This document shows positions 26,630 through 40,135 of a stretch of DNA of 64,000 nt, piece after piece (the stretch's first letter is position 1; every line of letters begins with the position of its first letter). Under the pieces are notes generated by a model, which was not told where the DNA came from, did not search any database, and saw only the letters and a list, made by a program, of their open reading frames with translations. The translations under genes and the position numbers were made by a program. The DNA is from Paraspadella gotoi (lineage: Eukaryota; Animalia; Chaetognatha), in assembly GCA_051294375.1 (NCBI GenBank), contig CM119263.1, forward strand, positions 21,498,494 to 21,562,493, in the 5' to 3' direction.

Positions 26630-27100
26630 CGTCATATCGACCCCCTTAATCCACCGCCACCTCCGAAAATGAATATAAAACGCGGGGGAGAAAATTTTTC
26701 GTCGCCGAAGATTCGATTTGAAATTTTTCCCGCCACGACGACGACGACGACGACGACGTCGACGAAGAGGCGCAGGTGCTCAGGAAAGCGCGCGATTGGC
26801 CCAATCACCATAATGGGACTCCGGGGGCGATTTTTCAAAAAGCCGCGGAATTTTCGGGTAATAGGGGTGGGCGGGAAGGGGGGGGGGCGGACGTTGTACT
26901 CGTGGGGTGCCGGGGTAGGGAAAAGAGGTTTAGGGTGATGTGAGCATCGAAGGTGGGATCGGAACCAAAGATGGAATCGCATCCGCGATTTGGATAGAAT
27001 TCGCCGAGGATTTTCTCATTGGTCGAATCACCATCGGAGCGGACCAATGAGAAGAAGGGCTTCAAGCCGTCGGGATCTTTCTTTAGTCAGACGGAAGGGA
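26630..27100. promoter_or_regulatory. GC/CpG-rich putative promoter island with paired CCAAT boxes and GC boxes
   Basis: gattggcccaatc (about 26794), gggtgggcggg and ggggcgg (26864-26890), and an inverted pair ttctcattggtc...gaccaatgagaa (about 27013-27053). Confidence 0.4.
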
Positions 27101-27310
27101 TTCAGAACAAACAGCGTCTCAATCTATTTGTTAGGCGGTCGAATGAGATAAGAATGCATAAATCCAATTTGCACATCGCAGTAGATCTCATTTACTTTTT
27201 TACCCGCGAAGTTTATTTCGTCGTATTAATAAACTCGTATTTGTTTCAAAGTACAATAAGTATTCCCCGATCTAATACTTAAGGGAGTGGTCTTTTCATA
27301 CAATTGAAAC

Positions 27311-27539
27311 ATTCCTTGAAATATTATACCACTTCATTGATATGGAAGCCAGATACTCTGGGAGTGATTAAACTAGACTGTGAGAGAGTCTTGATAGAAA
27401 GCTTGCAGGGACCTGCTATGTCATTATCTTGTAAGAGTGATGGAGGTCTTAAACCACCAAAGCCTGTCCAAAGTCAGGGGCAAGATAGCTTATTTATTAA
27501 ATGAATGGATAATTTTGATATTGGTTGTACCAATTTCAT
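27311..27539 (+). mobile_element. Dispersed repeat family C (twister-containing), longest copy; class unknown
   Basis: Core shared with 19350-19455 and 21055-21155; both flanks shared with 62221-62302. Confidence 0.65.
27425..27487 (+). ncRNA. Compact type-P5 twister ribozyme, family C (no P3); predicted cleavage T27450/A27451
   Basis: tatcttg(P5)-taa-gagt(P2')-GA-TGG(T1')-aggtct(P1)-TAA-acc(P2)-AC(T2)-caaag-cctg-T-CCA-AA-GT-cagg(P4)-gg-caagata(P5'). T2 covaries from GC/GC to AC/GT. Confidence 0.8.
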
Positions 27540-28371
27540 TTAGTTGATATAATCGCTTTAATTTTTTTTCTTTCGACTTACCAACTGGTATAAAAAAATA
27601 AGTGTCTATATGAGTCTATCGGAAAGATTGTTGGAGATTTCAGAGATGACTATTTAAAAAAGAAAATTATGGGTTATCGAAATAGTTGAATTTTTGCCTT
27701 GTAAAATTATTAACATCAGTCTAAAATTGATTTAGCAGGCCGTAAATTATAGAACAATATCGGAAAAAATATATTTGTAGAGTGCTTTCAAATTAACGGA
27801 GTACTAAATATTCATGCTGGCTGAATAAGTAGAAATGTACATCTTTCTTTGATTTATTCCCTTCACCATCACCTTCATCGTCTTCCTCTCTGTCGCCAAT
27901 GACTCAGTCGTCGTCGTCGTCGTCGTCCCTCGTCTTTGTCATCGTCTTTCACGTAGTCGTTATCTCCGTCTGAGTCGTTTTCCTCGTCGTCGTCATCTTC
28001 GTCGTCATCTTCGTCGTCATCTTCGTCGTCATGCTCTCCGACATCGAAATCATCGTCTTGATCGTCGTTGTCATCATCATCATCATCATCTCTATCGTCC
28101 TCCTATTCATCGTCATCTTCATCCTCTCCGTAATCGTCATCGTCGTCGTCATCGTCTTCTTCGTCGTCTCGTAAAATTAATAATCTCGAATTTCCTCGAT
28201 CTCGAGCGAAAAAGAAACAAGATTCGACCCCAAGAGTCAGAAATTGGGGCAGCGAAATAAAACGAGAGACAAAACGGGAGAAGAAAATAACAATGAAAAA
28301 GAGAGAGAAAAAAAGAAAGAGAATTTTCTTTAGATTTAGACTAAAATAACAGGGCGTTTTAATGACGATCT

Positions 28372-28405
<34 letters not shown>

Positions 28406-28620
28406 TGTTGTAACGATCGATCACGAGGCACTTGACATTGCCTCTGCGGCCGCGGGGACCAAACCGGGTTTTGGGATCTGACTTTTTGGATTTTTAGAGA
28501 GAAAAATATTGAGTTGTTTTCGGTTTTTTGATAAGACATGTAATGATCAAAATCATTCAAACACGAGGTAAGGTAAAAGACAAAACAATGGTAAGTAAGA
28601 AATAATGGAGAACGCTAAAC

Positions 28621-29012
28621 AATAGTAAAAAGGTAAGGTCGGTTCAGGTCAGAAACTTTATCTTGCTTAAATGCCCGTTTCCTTGTCGCGGTTGTTGTTG
28701 TTGTTGTCGCCGCATATCTCCCCCCAAGCCCTGTCGCTATCTTTTGTTGTGGCAGGGATTGAAAGTTTGGGCTCATCGCCTTCGTCTTCGTCTGGCGGGA
28801 ACAACGTTTCCGGAAGTGGGAGGCGCTTCTTGGCTTCGCGGGTCGATTCGGGAGGGTGGCGCCGACTTGGACCGATTCTCTCTTAAAATGCGAGATTTTG
28901 GCTGCGGCCGCCGGGGACTTGCTTTTTTGGTAGTTGGTGTCAATAGTGAAAAGGTAAGGTCTGTTAAGGTCAGAAACTTGACCTTGGTTAAATGTCAGTT
29001 TCCTTGTCGCGG

Positions 29013-29047
<35 letters not shown>
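28621..29047. repeat. Local direct duplication (about 85 bp head plus (GTT)n at 28621 and 28942)
   Basis: aatagt(a/g)aaaaggtaaggtc...tttccttgtcgcggttgttgttg occurs twice, about 320 bp apart. Confidence 0.85.
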
Positions 29048-29048
<1 letters not shown>

Positions 29049-29876
29049 TTCCTAATTTGAAAGACCAAATTATTTTTATGGGCAACACGAGTGCTCGGGA
29101 GCCCCTCCCTCCCCGGTCCCCACTCTCCATCGTATACTGCAACCATACAAACCGGATGAAAATCGGTAATGATTATTTGGTGCTTAATTATTATATCTCC
29201 TGATAAGCGAATATCAAGTAATTGATCCAAATCTTTGGGACATAATATTCAGGAGCAAAGTGCTTTACAGCCGGCAAAGGAAATTACGCTCGGGATTAAA
29301 TCAGTAGACTTTATTAACAATCGATGCTGATCAAATATTACTCTATTTGACCGCGTTTATTCTTAAACTTTTTAATGATTCATTTAACTATTGATATTAT
29401 TCTTTTTATGAACTTTTCGTTGTACTTAAACCTACAATTCAGTTCAGAACTTTTATTTTCACACGTTTTCTGTTTATTTCCATCGCCTCTTCAAGAATGT
29501 GATCCATTTAAAATAATCGTTGACAAAAGAAAGGAAAGAACAAAAAGAAAAAAAAGACGAACTTTAACTGAAAAAAAAAGGGAAGGGAAGAAAAGAAAGC
29601 AAAAGGGGCAGAAAAGAAAGGAAAATGGGCAGAAAAGAAAGGGAAAGGGGCAGAAAAGAAAGGAAAAGAGACAGAAAAGAAAATGAAATTTTTTTTAGGA
29701 TCCCACACGCTTACGGTATTAGGATACTAAACGCGACCTTGAGTGAAAAAGAAGAAGAAGAAAAAAAATAGGAACAAAATTTTGTTCTCTCTTTTTACAA
29801 AGTTTAGTAGTCAATCTTGGATATTTAAGAAGAAAAATACAAAAAGGGGCCGACCGCCTCTCTAAAAATATTTAGG

Positions 29877-29911
<35 letters not shown>

Positions 29912-31322
29912 TAGGAGCTAAATCGCCTTTTGTTTTCTTTCTTCATAAAGAAAGTGGGTAAAGCAGCTTTTTTTAAAAGGAGGACTTGAGGTCGTACAGT
30001 CCGAAGGAATTGCATTCATCAGCATCATCGTCGTCGTTGTCACCGTCGTCGTCATCGTCATCGCCGTATAACAAAAACGTGCCTCGTTTTGTTTTCATTA
30101 AAAACCTTTGATTTCGGTCAGATGCAAAGAAGAAACGCGAGACAATCTACCGGATGTTTTTGTTCGCGTATTTGTTTGTTTTCATTTAACTTTATTACAC
30201 GTTATTAATCAATTTGGTAATTAAATCTGGATAGTAATGAAATTTTGGTTTACAGTTTTTACCTAAAAGCCGTCAAAACCGACAACGACAACGACAACGA
30301 CGAAAAAGATAAAGGGTAAACACGCGAAGACGCGAAGTCCGAAAAAACAATAATTTCCCCAGATGAAAAATCGGAAGTCGAAAATGAGAATCGGAAACGA
30401 AGATGTTCTAGCATGCCATCCGAGATGGCATCCGAGATGCCATCCGAGATTTTTGTCATTCGTCGTCTTCGAAACGATCGTAGAAAAACGGAAAGATGAG
30501 ATCGCGAAATGACATGCTCTGGTTAAATGAGAGTAAGTTAAGGAGACATAAATCAGGGTTAGTTTTATGAGTAAAAAGTTTAATTATTTGATTTTGAAGA
30601 GTCAAGCGAAAATTGAGCAAAGACTGGAAGAATATGAACAAAGCGGTGTCTGAATTTATTAATTTAGTGACAAATATTAATCAACGGAGTCTGTAAATTA
30701 AATAAATAAAAAAAGTATATTGCATATTTCTAGGAAGACACTGAATCGCAAAAATATAAAATCACTCACAAAAAAGTCCCTCACCAAAATGAGCAAAGTT
30801 TCCCACGAACTCGGCCGCGATCCGAAGAACTTTAAGAAATCCAAGGAACGAATCGGTCGTATCAAGCCGAACTTAGGCAAAGTTCGATCCCTTAAAAAAA
30901 TAAATGTTCGATCGAGAATGGGGGAGAAAAAGGAAAACAGAAGAGGGTTAATTGGCAAGGGGGAAAGGGAAATAAAGAGGGGATGTTGGGGGGGAAGAAT
31001 TGAGTGGAATATCGAGGGGAAGGAAGAGTTAAAGTTGGGAGCAGGGTAGAGTAGTGAGTCTTAAAGATGAGAAATAAGGATGAGCAACCGCGCAAAAAGT
31101 TCAGAGTCAATATTGACGCAACGGATTTTAAAAATCCCATTTCTCCTTTTTTCCGTTTTTAACCATTGAGTTTTTTTNNNNNNNNNNNNNNNNNNNNNNN
31201 NNTTTTGGGGGGGGGGGCAAGGCCTTTATTCCACCGTTTGATGCTTCTCTCTCCCTCCCCTCGACGGCCTCACGACCAATCCAACAAAAAAAAAAGATTA
31301 AAATTTTTCATCTCGAAGATTT

Positions 31323-31410
<88 letters not shown>

Positions 31411-33200
31411 AGAGAGAGGTTTTTAAACTTTCTTCGACGCCTAAACCTTTTTTTTATTTGGGATTTTTGAAAAGATAAAAGGAGAAAAAAAAGGTCGGTT
31501 GTGGAAATGGTGATGATATCGAGCATCTCCGACCTGAAGAGACCCGAAACCTTTTCAGCCGATGAGTTAACCTATTTTTATGCTGTTTTCTGTTTTAGTG
31601 CAAAAAGGATTAAATTAAAAAAAGAATGAACAGATCGACGAAAACCAAGGAAACAAGGAGGGAACGAACGAACGAACGAACGACGAACGAACGAACGAAC
31701 GAACGAACGAACGAACGAACGAACGAAGGAAGGAAGGAAGGAAGGAACGAACAAATGAACGAACGAACGAACGAACGAACGAACGAACGAACGAACGAAC
31801 GAACGAACTTTTGATCACGTGACAAGAGCGAATTCCGATCAAACTTCATTCTGCTTTTCGTAGTTATCGTCGGGGGACTCCAAAGTCCGTACACTTAATC
31901 TATTCATCCTTCTCCCTTCTTTTTCCTTCCAAATCTCGATTTCGAGGAGAAGAGAAAAAGTGATTAGAAAATCGGCGAAAAGATTTTGACCGAAAGAAGA
32001 GGAGACGAATGTGAAAGGGAGGGAGAGGGTTGCTGAGGTGGACGGGGAAAAGAGAGGGTGGTGGGTGGGAAGTGAATAGTAGTTGTGATAGCTGAGAAGA
32101 GAAAACTGATTGTAACTCGGCGACGTCGGTGGCTGAGTGGAGCTCCCGTTGGAGCTGAATGGAGCCTGAATGGAGCTCCCGTTGAGTTGAATGTGGTGGA
32201 AAGGGGCGGTGGCGGCGGTGGGCGGCGATGGGCGGCGATGTGCGGCGGTGCGCGAAAAAGGAAGACGGGACGAAGTATTTCAATGAAAAGAACGAAATGA
32301 AAAGAAGTATAAAAGGCGCAAACAATGCACAACGAAAATCCTGGCTTTGATTTTAGAAAAGGATTCAATCTTAAAACAAGAAATATTACCAGAAGTGATA
32401 TAAAAGTGCATCCATAAAATTGACACAAAAGTATGTAAAGGAAACTAATTATTATTTTACGGAAAACACATGGAAAAAGCTAAACAACCATCTTTCCAGA
32501 ACGATGCACCTTCTCTGTTAAATCTGAACGATCGCTTTTGTTTCGTTCCTTCTTCGTTAGCGAGACTTCTACTCGTCCTTCTTTTCTTTACTTGTTCTCA
32601 GTCCGGTTTCCTCCCTTCTACAATTTCCCCCCTCACTCCTCCCTCCCTCCCTCCCTCCCTCCTTTTGCCTTGGGACGTTCGGATTACTTGCCGGTCATTT
32701 TAAACCGTAAAATAATTGGGTCCTCGGCCATTTCTGGCCGCGAGAATCAGAGAGCCACGGCGGGTCGACGTGCGGCTGAGCTGACGCCGCTGACCTGGCG
32801 TCGATGCCACAGACCGACGCAAAGTTGGAGCGAATTTGTTGCGATCGAAGGGAAGATAAATCGTAGATGAATTGTTGATGATATGTAAGGAAACCGTTCG
32901 CGGTTTGAATGTATAGGGGGAGGTGGGCCTTTAGATTCTTTTTCATGACTCATTTTCGGAGAGAATGCGGATATTAAAATGAAGCAGGACTGAGAGTTTC
33001 AATTTAGAATAACAACAACGACAACAACAACCAACTCCTTCAAGAAAATTCGAATTCGAAGAAAAAAAAAGAAGTTCGACTTTTTTTCGCAAGTAGGAAA
33101 AACCCGAAAGGAAGCCAAGAAAAAAAAAGTTTTTTTCTTTTTCCCTAAAATAAAGAAAAAAAAAGGTGTAATTCGAAAGATACAACAAACAGGGCGGGAT

Positions 33201-33290
<90 letters not shown>

Positions 33291-33604
33291 TTTCTGTCTC
33301 ACTTTTTTTTTTATTTCTTTATATTTGGAATTGCCTCCTTTGTCGCACCGTTTTTTTCCTTTATTCTTTTTCCTTATTTTTAGAAAGGATAAAAAAAAAA
33401 GGAGCGGAACGCCCTGGATCCTTTTTTCTTATACAAAACACGATAACCGAAGTGACCGAGGTCACGTGGAAAGAAGAGGATGACGACGATGATGATGAAG
33501 CGATGACGAAGACGACGACGAAAATGACGATGGCGACGACCTCCAAATTTGATCGATAGACGAATTACCATCCTGAAGTCATTTCTATGATTTAATTCAG
33601 CCTT

Positions 33605-33652
<48 letters not shown>

Positions 33653-33654
33653 CT

Positions 33655-33722
<68 letters not shown>

Positions 33723-34862
33723 CTCTCTCTCTTTCTCTCCTCTCTCTCAGAATTTAAAAATAACACAGAGGCTCTTGTTGTCGGCCCTCGCTGATTTTAT
33801 TTTCCATTTCGCGGTCAAAATTGTCGTCGTTAGTTTCTTCGTCGTCGTCATCTTGGTTGTTTCTGTCGTGGAAAACTGTTCATGCTCCATGTTCATGTCA
33901 TGTTCATGTTCATGTTCATGTTCATGTTCATGTAGTTTCGCTTCTTAACGTTTTTATTAACAGTTAAAGTAGATTTCATTTATCTCTTCCATTCTACCAT
34001 TTGTTGTATCTTCATTTTTGTCGTTTACCTTCTCGTCCTCATTGTCATTGTCCCTCATTAACTTAAGTGAACTTCATGTTCATCGTTGTCATCTTTCTTT
34101 ACTAATTGTCATGTTCATCGTCGTCATTCCATCGTCTTGCCGCGAAAACCTTTTCTTTCTCAATTCGCGATATTAACGGAAAACCAGTGGCGGCGGCCGA
34201 TGAAAGGTGACAGTTTTACCACCGTTAACCAGCGCTTTTTCGCTTATTTCCGGCTCATTTTCGACTCAGGTTTCCGGCGTCCTTTCCAGCGACACGACGC
34301 CGACTTCGTTTGTTTTTATTTCTTGTTTTTCATTTTGTTTGAGTGAGAGAAAAAAGAGAGAGTAAGGGAGCAACATTTGTCAGATCAGATAAGGTAAATT
34401 CCCTTCCAAAGAGATGTCTCCTTTCTTAAGCCCCGGAATCGTCTACCGGATGCCACCCAATTTAAATGTCACAGGGACTGGAATTTGTGAACGCCGTAAA
34501 GGCGAGCGATCTGATAAACACAAAAATTTTATCAAAACTAATCTCACCGTTTCCTTTCACAACAATCGAAACTGTATCAAAATTGAAATAATCTTTTCGT
34601 CACCGTTTAATTTCGGATAAACCAATTTGTTTGTTCTGCCGCAAAACGTGGGGTTTCTTATTCTCTCTCTCTCTCGCTCTCCTCTCTCTCTCTCCTCTCT
34701 CTACTTTTTTTTCTCTCTCTCTCTTTTTTTCGTCTTCTCTCTTTTTTTCCTCTCTCTCTCTCTTCTCTCTCTCTCTCTTAAATTTGTTTCGTTCCTTCTA
34801 ACGTCCGCTCAAAGATTTAGACTAATCCGCGTCAGAAGAAACGTTTCTCTTTTCTCCTCGTA

Positions 34863-34950
<88 letters not shown>

Positions 34951-35901
34951 CTTTCTCCGTTTTAGCCTATGCATTTTTCGGTTAAAACTTTTTTCAAAGA
35001 CCGAGGAAATAAATCTCGTCCTTGGTTAAATTACAAAAAGTCGCCACAATTGTGTTAATCCGGCGTCGTCATCGTCATCGTAAGTCGTCGTGCCGTCGTT
35101 GTCCTCCCCTTCATTCCTAACCCGCCCCCTCGGCCGAACAAATTGAACTCGCATCAACGTAATTCTGTGTTCTATGACGCGAAAAAAGCGAGAACCGTTT
35201 TGCCGACAAGCGGCCGACAGAGTGACGACAGCGCGTCCGCCAAGCCGACCTTCGCACTCAAAAAACGTCCGCCTTTGCCCCCGAAATCTCAACTCCCTTT
35301 TTTTATGTTCTGTCGTGAAATGATCTTTGAGGAGCTCCGTCCTCTCTCTCATATGACCGTGTTTGACCAAAATTTAACTTCGTTTGACTCTGACCTCCCG
35401 TGGACTCGTTACGCGCTTTTTTCCGCCATTTTTTCATTTCCATGTTTTTGACCTCGAGTCGTGACTTCTGCTCGACGTTCACGGTGACCTTTTGAAGGGT
35501 CATTCGTAGTCACGTGAACGTCACGTTGACGAGATCTGGGTAAAACGAGAGAGAATAAATGATAAGAAAGAAAGAGAAATTAAGTATGAATAAGATTTAA
35601 TTAAAAATTAAGATGAGAAAGTGAGACAATTCAAATGTTCAAGGAGAAAGAGACGGTGCGTTAATCAGAATCGCGGGAAAGAGAATTCACGATTTCCCAA
35701 ATCAATTTGAGGCCGTGAGTCATCAAGGGAAAGGCACGCGTCTCCACTATAAAATCTACTACGAGTTTTTCGAGGTCACAAATCCAAGATTTGTAGACCT
35801 TACTCTAAACCCTCACGGCCTTACGGCCTCACAGCCTCACTTCTAAGGAATATTGCGTCGGCAGGCGTCGTAACCAGAGGTACAACCTCTCTCTCTCTCT
35901 G

Positions 35902-35980
<79 letters not shown>

Positions 35981-36823
35981 GGCCAAAGTGAAAAATTCAT
36001 GAAGATAAAACACAATGACAAGAACATCCAAGAATCCACCAACCCTATTAACCCTCAACCTGATCGCATCAAATTGAGACGCTGGAGAAAACCACTTGGC
36101 GCCGGCGAAGACTCGCGGCGTTGTCGGTGGAAAAGAGGTCGACGCCGGCGTCGCTCATCTTAAGAGTCTGTATCTCAGTGGGCGTGGCATCGTCGCCATC
36201 TTGTGGCAACCTTGGGCGCCGCCATTTCGAGCGAAACCTCACCCTTAGGAGCTCTTTCTTGAAGCCGCGTGCGGGATTGCCGACCGGTAGCGAAGAAGCG
36301 ACTCCCCATCTTTTCTGTCCGACAAAGAAGACGCCGATTCGTCTCTTGGCGCCCAAAGTTTCTTCCGGATTCGAGTCCAAAAAAAAATCACCGGAATGAC
36401 CCGGGCGAGTGGCATCGCTATGTGGCCCTGACGAGTGGTAAAGGGGACGGTTTAGTAGTAAGTGGTATTAATGGACAATATAGATTTAGCAAGAACTCTC
36501 CAGTTGCCGAGTCAAAAGCCTGAAATCGTGAGGGGACATAAGTATTTCATCGGCGTGGAAATAATAGCGCCGTTTTGTGGTCAGACGCGCGTCTTACGCA
36601 CGACGCTCCACTCCCGCAACCCCCCGCCCAACTAAACACCCCCCCCCCCCACGATTTCGGACTCAGGAAAAATCCCTCGGGTGAATTTTGGGTCGACAAC
36701 AATTGATTCGGGTCAAAAGGGAAAAGAGACTGGAAAGAAAAGAAAGAAAGAAACAATGAAGAAGAAAGAAAGAAAGAGCTGAGGAGAAAAGAAAGCAGAG
36801 AGAGAGAGGAGAGAGAGACGATG

Positions 36824-36875
<52 letters not shown>

Positions 36876-39130
36876 AGAAGACGAGAGAAATTGAGTCTAA
36901 AACGGATGCGGCAACCAAGTGTGAACGGTCGCGTGATGAAAGATTGGGGGAAGGAGAGGGGAGGCCGCAACGGAGTGCTTGAATGAAGAAGGAAAAAAAA
37001 AAAGAAAGAAGGAAAGAAAGTAAAATTTCCTCCATGAAGAAAATTGGAAAGGAATGGTCCAATCTCTCACGAGTCACGACTACCAACCGCCAACGAAAAC
37101 GGGTCAGGATACGGCAGAAGTCATCCAAAAATGGGTCGTCAATTGAAAAAATGAGCCGTCGGAAAAATGGTGAAAAAATGGAGCGATCGCATCGAGATCC
37201 AATCTGGACCATATTGTAATGATGATCAATCCTTTTGAAAGAGGTCATCCATTCCTCGTTAAGGTCGTCCATCTCCACGAGGGGTCTCACGTCTCGTGTT
37301 GGGGTCAGAGACGGTTACATTTTTTCTCCAAAAACCGACTCGACGATGACGATGATGACAGCAACGACGGACGTCGGACGACGTTCGACGAAACCGGATC
37401 TCACCCCGAATTCGCGAGACGTAAAAACGAGCCGCTCGCTTTTTTGGCGGCCAAAAATGGTCGTTGCTGCCCGAGAGGGGGACGTTCCGCCGGCCCCCCC
37501 AATCACTATTCGATGACCACCACGACGCGTCCAACGCCTCTCTCTTTCCCCGAGGAGCGTCTCGCGAGGTCAAGGGTCGCGCCAAGGTCGAGTCAAGCGT
37601 CGGTAGTTTTAGGAAGGAAAAAACATTGTCGAGGTCGGGAAAGGTTAAGCGAGGTGGGCGGAAACGGACGCGAGAAAGAAAAAAAAGAGGATAAAATTAA
37701 AAGAGTTGAAACGAAAGAAAAGAGACGAAGAAGAATGAAAAACAAAAAAAAATCAATGCCAAAAGTATTACAAAAATTTAAAAAAATCGTAATATTTCGT
37801 GAATGCTGATATCAAAATCTATCAAATACAAATAATGATAAGTCATCAACCGTTTAATATATTATTTAAATATTAATCAATTATGCTCCCTGCTTTTTTC
37901 GGCTCATGAAAATAAAAGCGTCTTCTCATCATTCGTTGTCACCGACTCTATCATTTTTTATCTCCTTCTTCTCCTCCCCCCCCTAAAAATAAAAACCATC
38001 CCCTCTAGTTCCTACCCGCTCAACCCCCCCCCCACGGAAGTGACAGGACGGTGGCAATCGATTTCCAGTCATGTTCCCAAGTCAAAGTCTCACGTTGCCC
38101 GAGGCAGGTCACATGATCTTCGGTCTCATTCGTCGTCATTCAAAAAGTCAAATCTTCGAACTATTCATGCCGGATACAGGTTGTGTTGTTGATTGTCGTC
38201 CGTCGTCATCGTCGTCGTCGTCGTCTCATTCGCTTCCTCCCGTCGTTCGGTCACTGTCCGGAGCACTTTTTACCCGCTGCGTGCCACTGTGCAATCCGCC
38301 GCCGCCGCCGCAGCCAATGGATGTTCCCACATCGGCTGCGCTGAGGCTGACGCTTGTTACCAATGGTATGAACGCTTCGGTCGACGGTTGGTCATTTCGT
38401 ATAGCTCCACGCGCAAAAAGAGAGAGAAGAGAGAGAGGGAGGCATATAGTTGACTTTCTGTTAGAGAAAGAGAGAGAGAGAGATGAGGAGATGAAGAGAG
38501 AGAGAGAGAGGACGAGAGAGAGAGGGAGAGAGAGAGAGAGAGATTTTGAAATAAAAGTTATTGTTAAAGATATTTTGTAACGAACTGAAAAAGTTTAAAG
38601 AGGGACGCAAGAAAATTTAGTATTGTGCAAATTTTTCACAAAACTATCACTGCTAAGACCCGATTTGCAGCCACACGGTATCTCTTTGAAAACAACAAAC
38701 AAGAACAACAACAACAACAACAAGGAAAAGCCAAAAATGACGGAAACGACTTGCGCTTTTTTCCGTTCTTTCTCAGCCAGCGCGATCCCTGAGAGATAAG
38801 AATTGTAACAAGGAGAACGAATCTCTCTCTCTCCTGCTTTCTTTTCCTTCTCAGCTGTAAAGGCTTTGACCATCGAGCACAGCCGAGAACCAAGCCAGCT
38901 GCTGTCTCAGAAGGCAGTAGAGAAAAGTTGCCGGTCGATTTTTCAAACGAAACCTGAATTCCCCCTTAAACCGAAAAATCCCAACCCCCAAACTGGTGGT
39001 TAGGAAGATTTTAGCAGAGAGGAGAAGAGAGAGAGTACAAGGCCAAATAGTGGAATGGGGAGAAAGCAACGTGAAATCAACGCGATCGATTTGAAACCAA
39101 GAAGATTTTATTCGTCCCCACCCAAGCTAT

Positions 39131-39408
39131 TATGGCAACGGAGGACATGTGTGATGCCTGGGGGTGTGCAGGCATCTCCTGACAAGCTGGCCGCTTCAGG
39201 GCTTTGGACTGTGCAGTGGCCACCCCATGTCACTGGCGTGTTATAGCGAACACCATTCACACTTCACCATCACACTTTTAACCGGCGTGACCGTGAGGGG
39301 ATTGAACCGGAAACTCACGGTTGGTAACGAGTACTTAAGCTGTCCAAGCCCAATAGGACGAGCTGAGTTCACCAAGCTATACGGGAGGCGAATTTAGGAT
39401 TCGCCACA
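39131..39408 (-). mobile_element. Solo LTR, family B, perfect CTAT target-site duplication
   Basis: ctat|tatggcaac...ttcgccaca|ctat; homologous to 3242-3497. Confidence 0.9.
39186..39286 (-). ncRNA. Type-P5 twister ribozyme, family B (indel-noisy copy)
   Basis: Same locus as the cleaner 49600-49695 copy. Confidence 0.65.
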
Positions 39409-39556
39409 CTATATTTCTTTCACAACTGACTTGGTGATTTTCTTTCATTGTTTCTCCTTATCGATTATTTTTCTCTTCTCCCTTTATTTCGATTTTTTTC
39501 GTTGTATGCAACATCCGGGTTGCCTGTGTATTGCTCTTGGGATGGGGCATCTCACT

Positions 39557-39635
39557 GTTGCTTGGGGGCTTCCGACCCTCATTGACGCCTTCAGTCACTG
39601 GGCGCGGTTACCCAGGACGGTCTTGCTTTGCCAAC
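39557..39635 (-). ncRNA. Type-P5 twister ribozyme in the 3' LTR (family A)
   Basis: Plus strand shows ggggGCTT-CCG-A-ccct...GC-gcgg-TTA-cccagga-CGG-TC, the reverse complement of the twister core. Confidence 0.7.
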
Positions 39636-40053
39636 GCAGAGGAAAGTCGATTAGGACTGTGGATGGAAACACACGCCTGGGATGTTTATGTATCCCCCTC
39701 GAGGCCCATGGCTATTGGCTGAACGATCCGTGAGACGTGAGGTGTGTGAATATACCACCACAGGATCCCCTGCCAAGACGTCACTCAGGTTCCTCAAGCC
39801 TAAGAGGTGTCTGACAAGACTGTTACCACCAGTGTGAGAGAGAGAGCTAATGTGAGTTGTGGGCATAGGAAGTTTGTGTAGCAGACCCCAGGGGCATAGG
39901 GCGTTTGTTTGTAACGTACCCAAAGTCGGCAGGGGCATAGGCGTTTGTCGTAAACGTACCTGAGGAAGTTGCGAGTTTTGATAGTACGGGCCTCACTACT
40001 TATGGCAAAAGCCAGGGTACTTGTGATGCCCATTGGGATGGGGCATCTCCACT

Positions 40054-40135
40054 GTTAGCTTTGTGGGGTCTTCCGACCCTCAGTGACGATCCAGTCACTG
40101 GCGCGGTTACCCTGGTACGGTCTCGCTTTGCCAAC
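40054..40135 (-). ncRNA. Type-P5 twister ribozyme in the 5' LTR (family A)
   Basis: Reverse complement of GA-CCG-taccaggg-TAA-ccgc-GC-cagtgac..gtcactg-aggg-T-CGG-AAG(a)C-ccc. Confidence 0.7.

Noticed and set aside
31533-31552. Hammerhead-like CTGAAGA-gaccc-GAAAC (also about 41995)
   Set aside because: Stem II is 1 bp at best, and no compatible stem I/III or NUH cleavage triplet could be built.
36060-37290. GC-rich blocks with protein-like frames (LKSLYLSG; MDDLNEEWMTSFKRIDHH)
   Set aside because: Frames are not preserved between the two duplicated copies, there is no recognisable family, and no clear splice structure.
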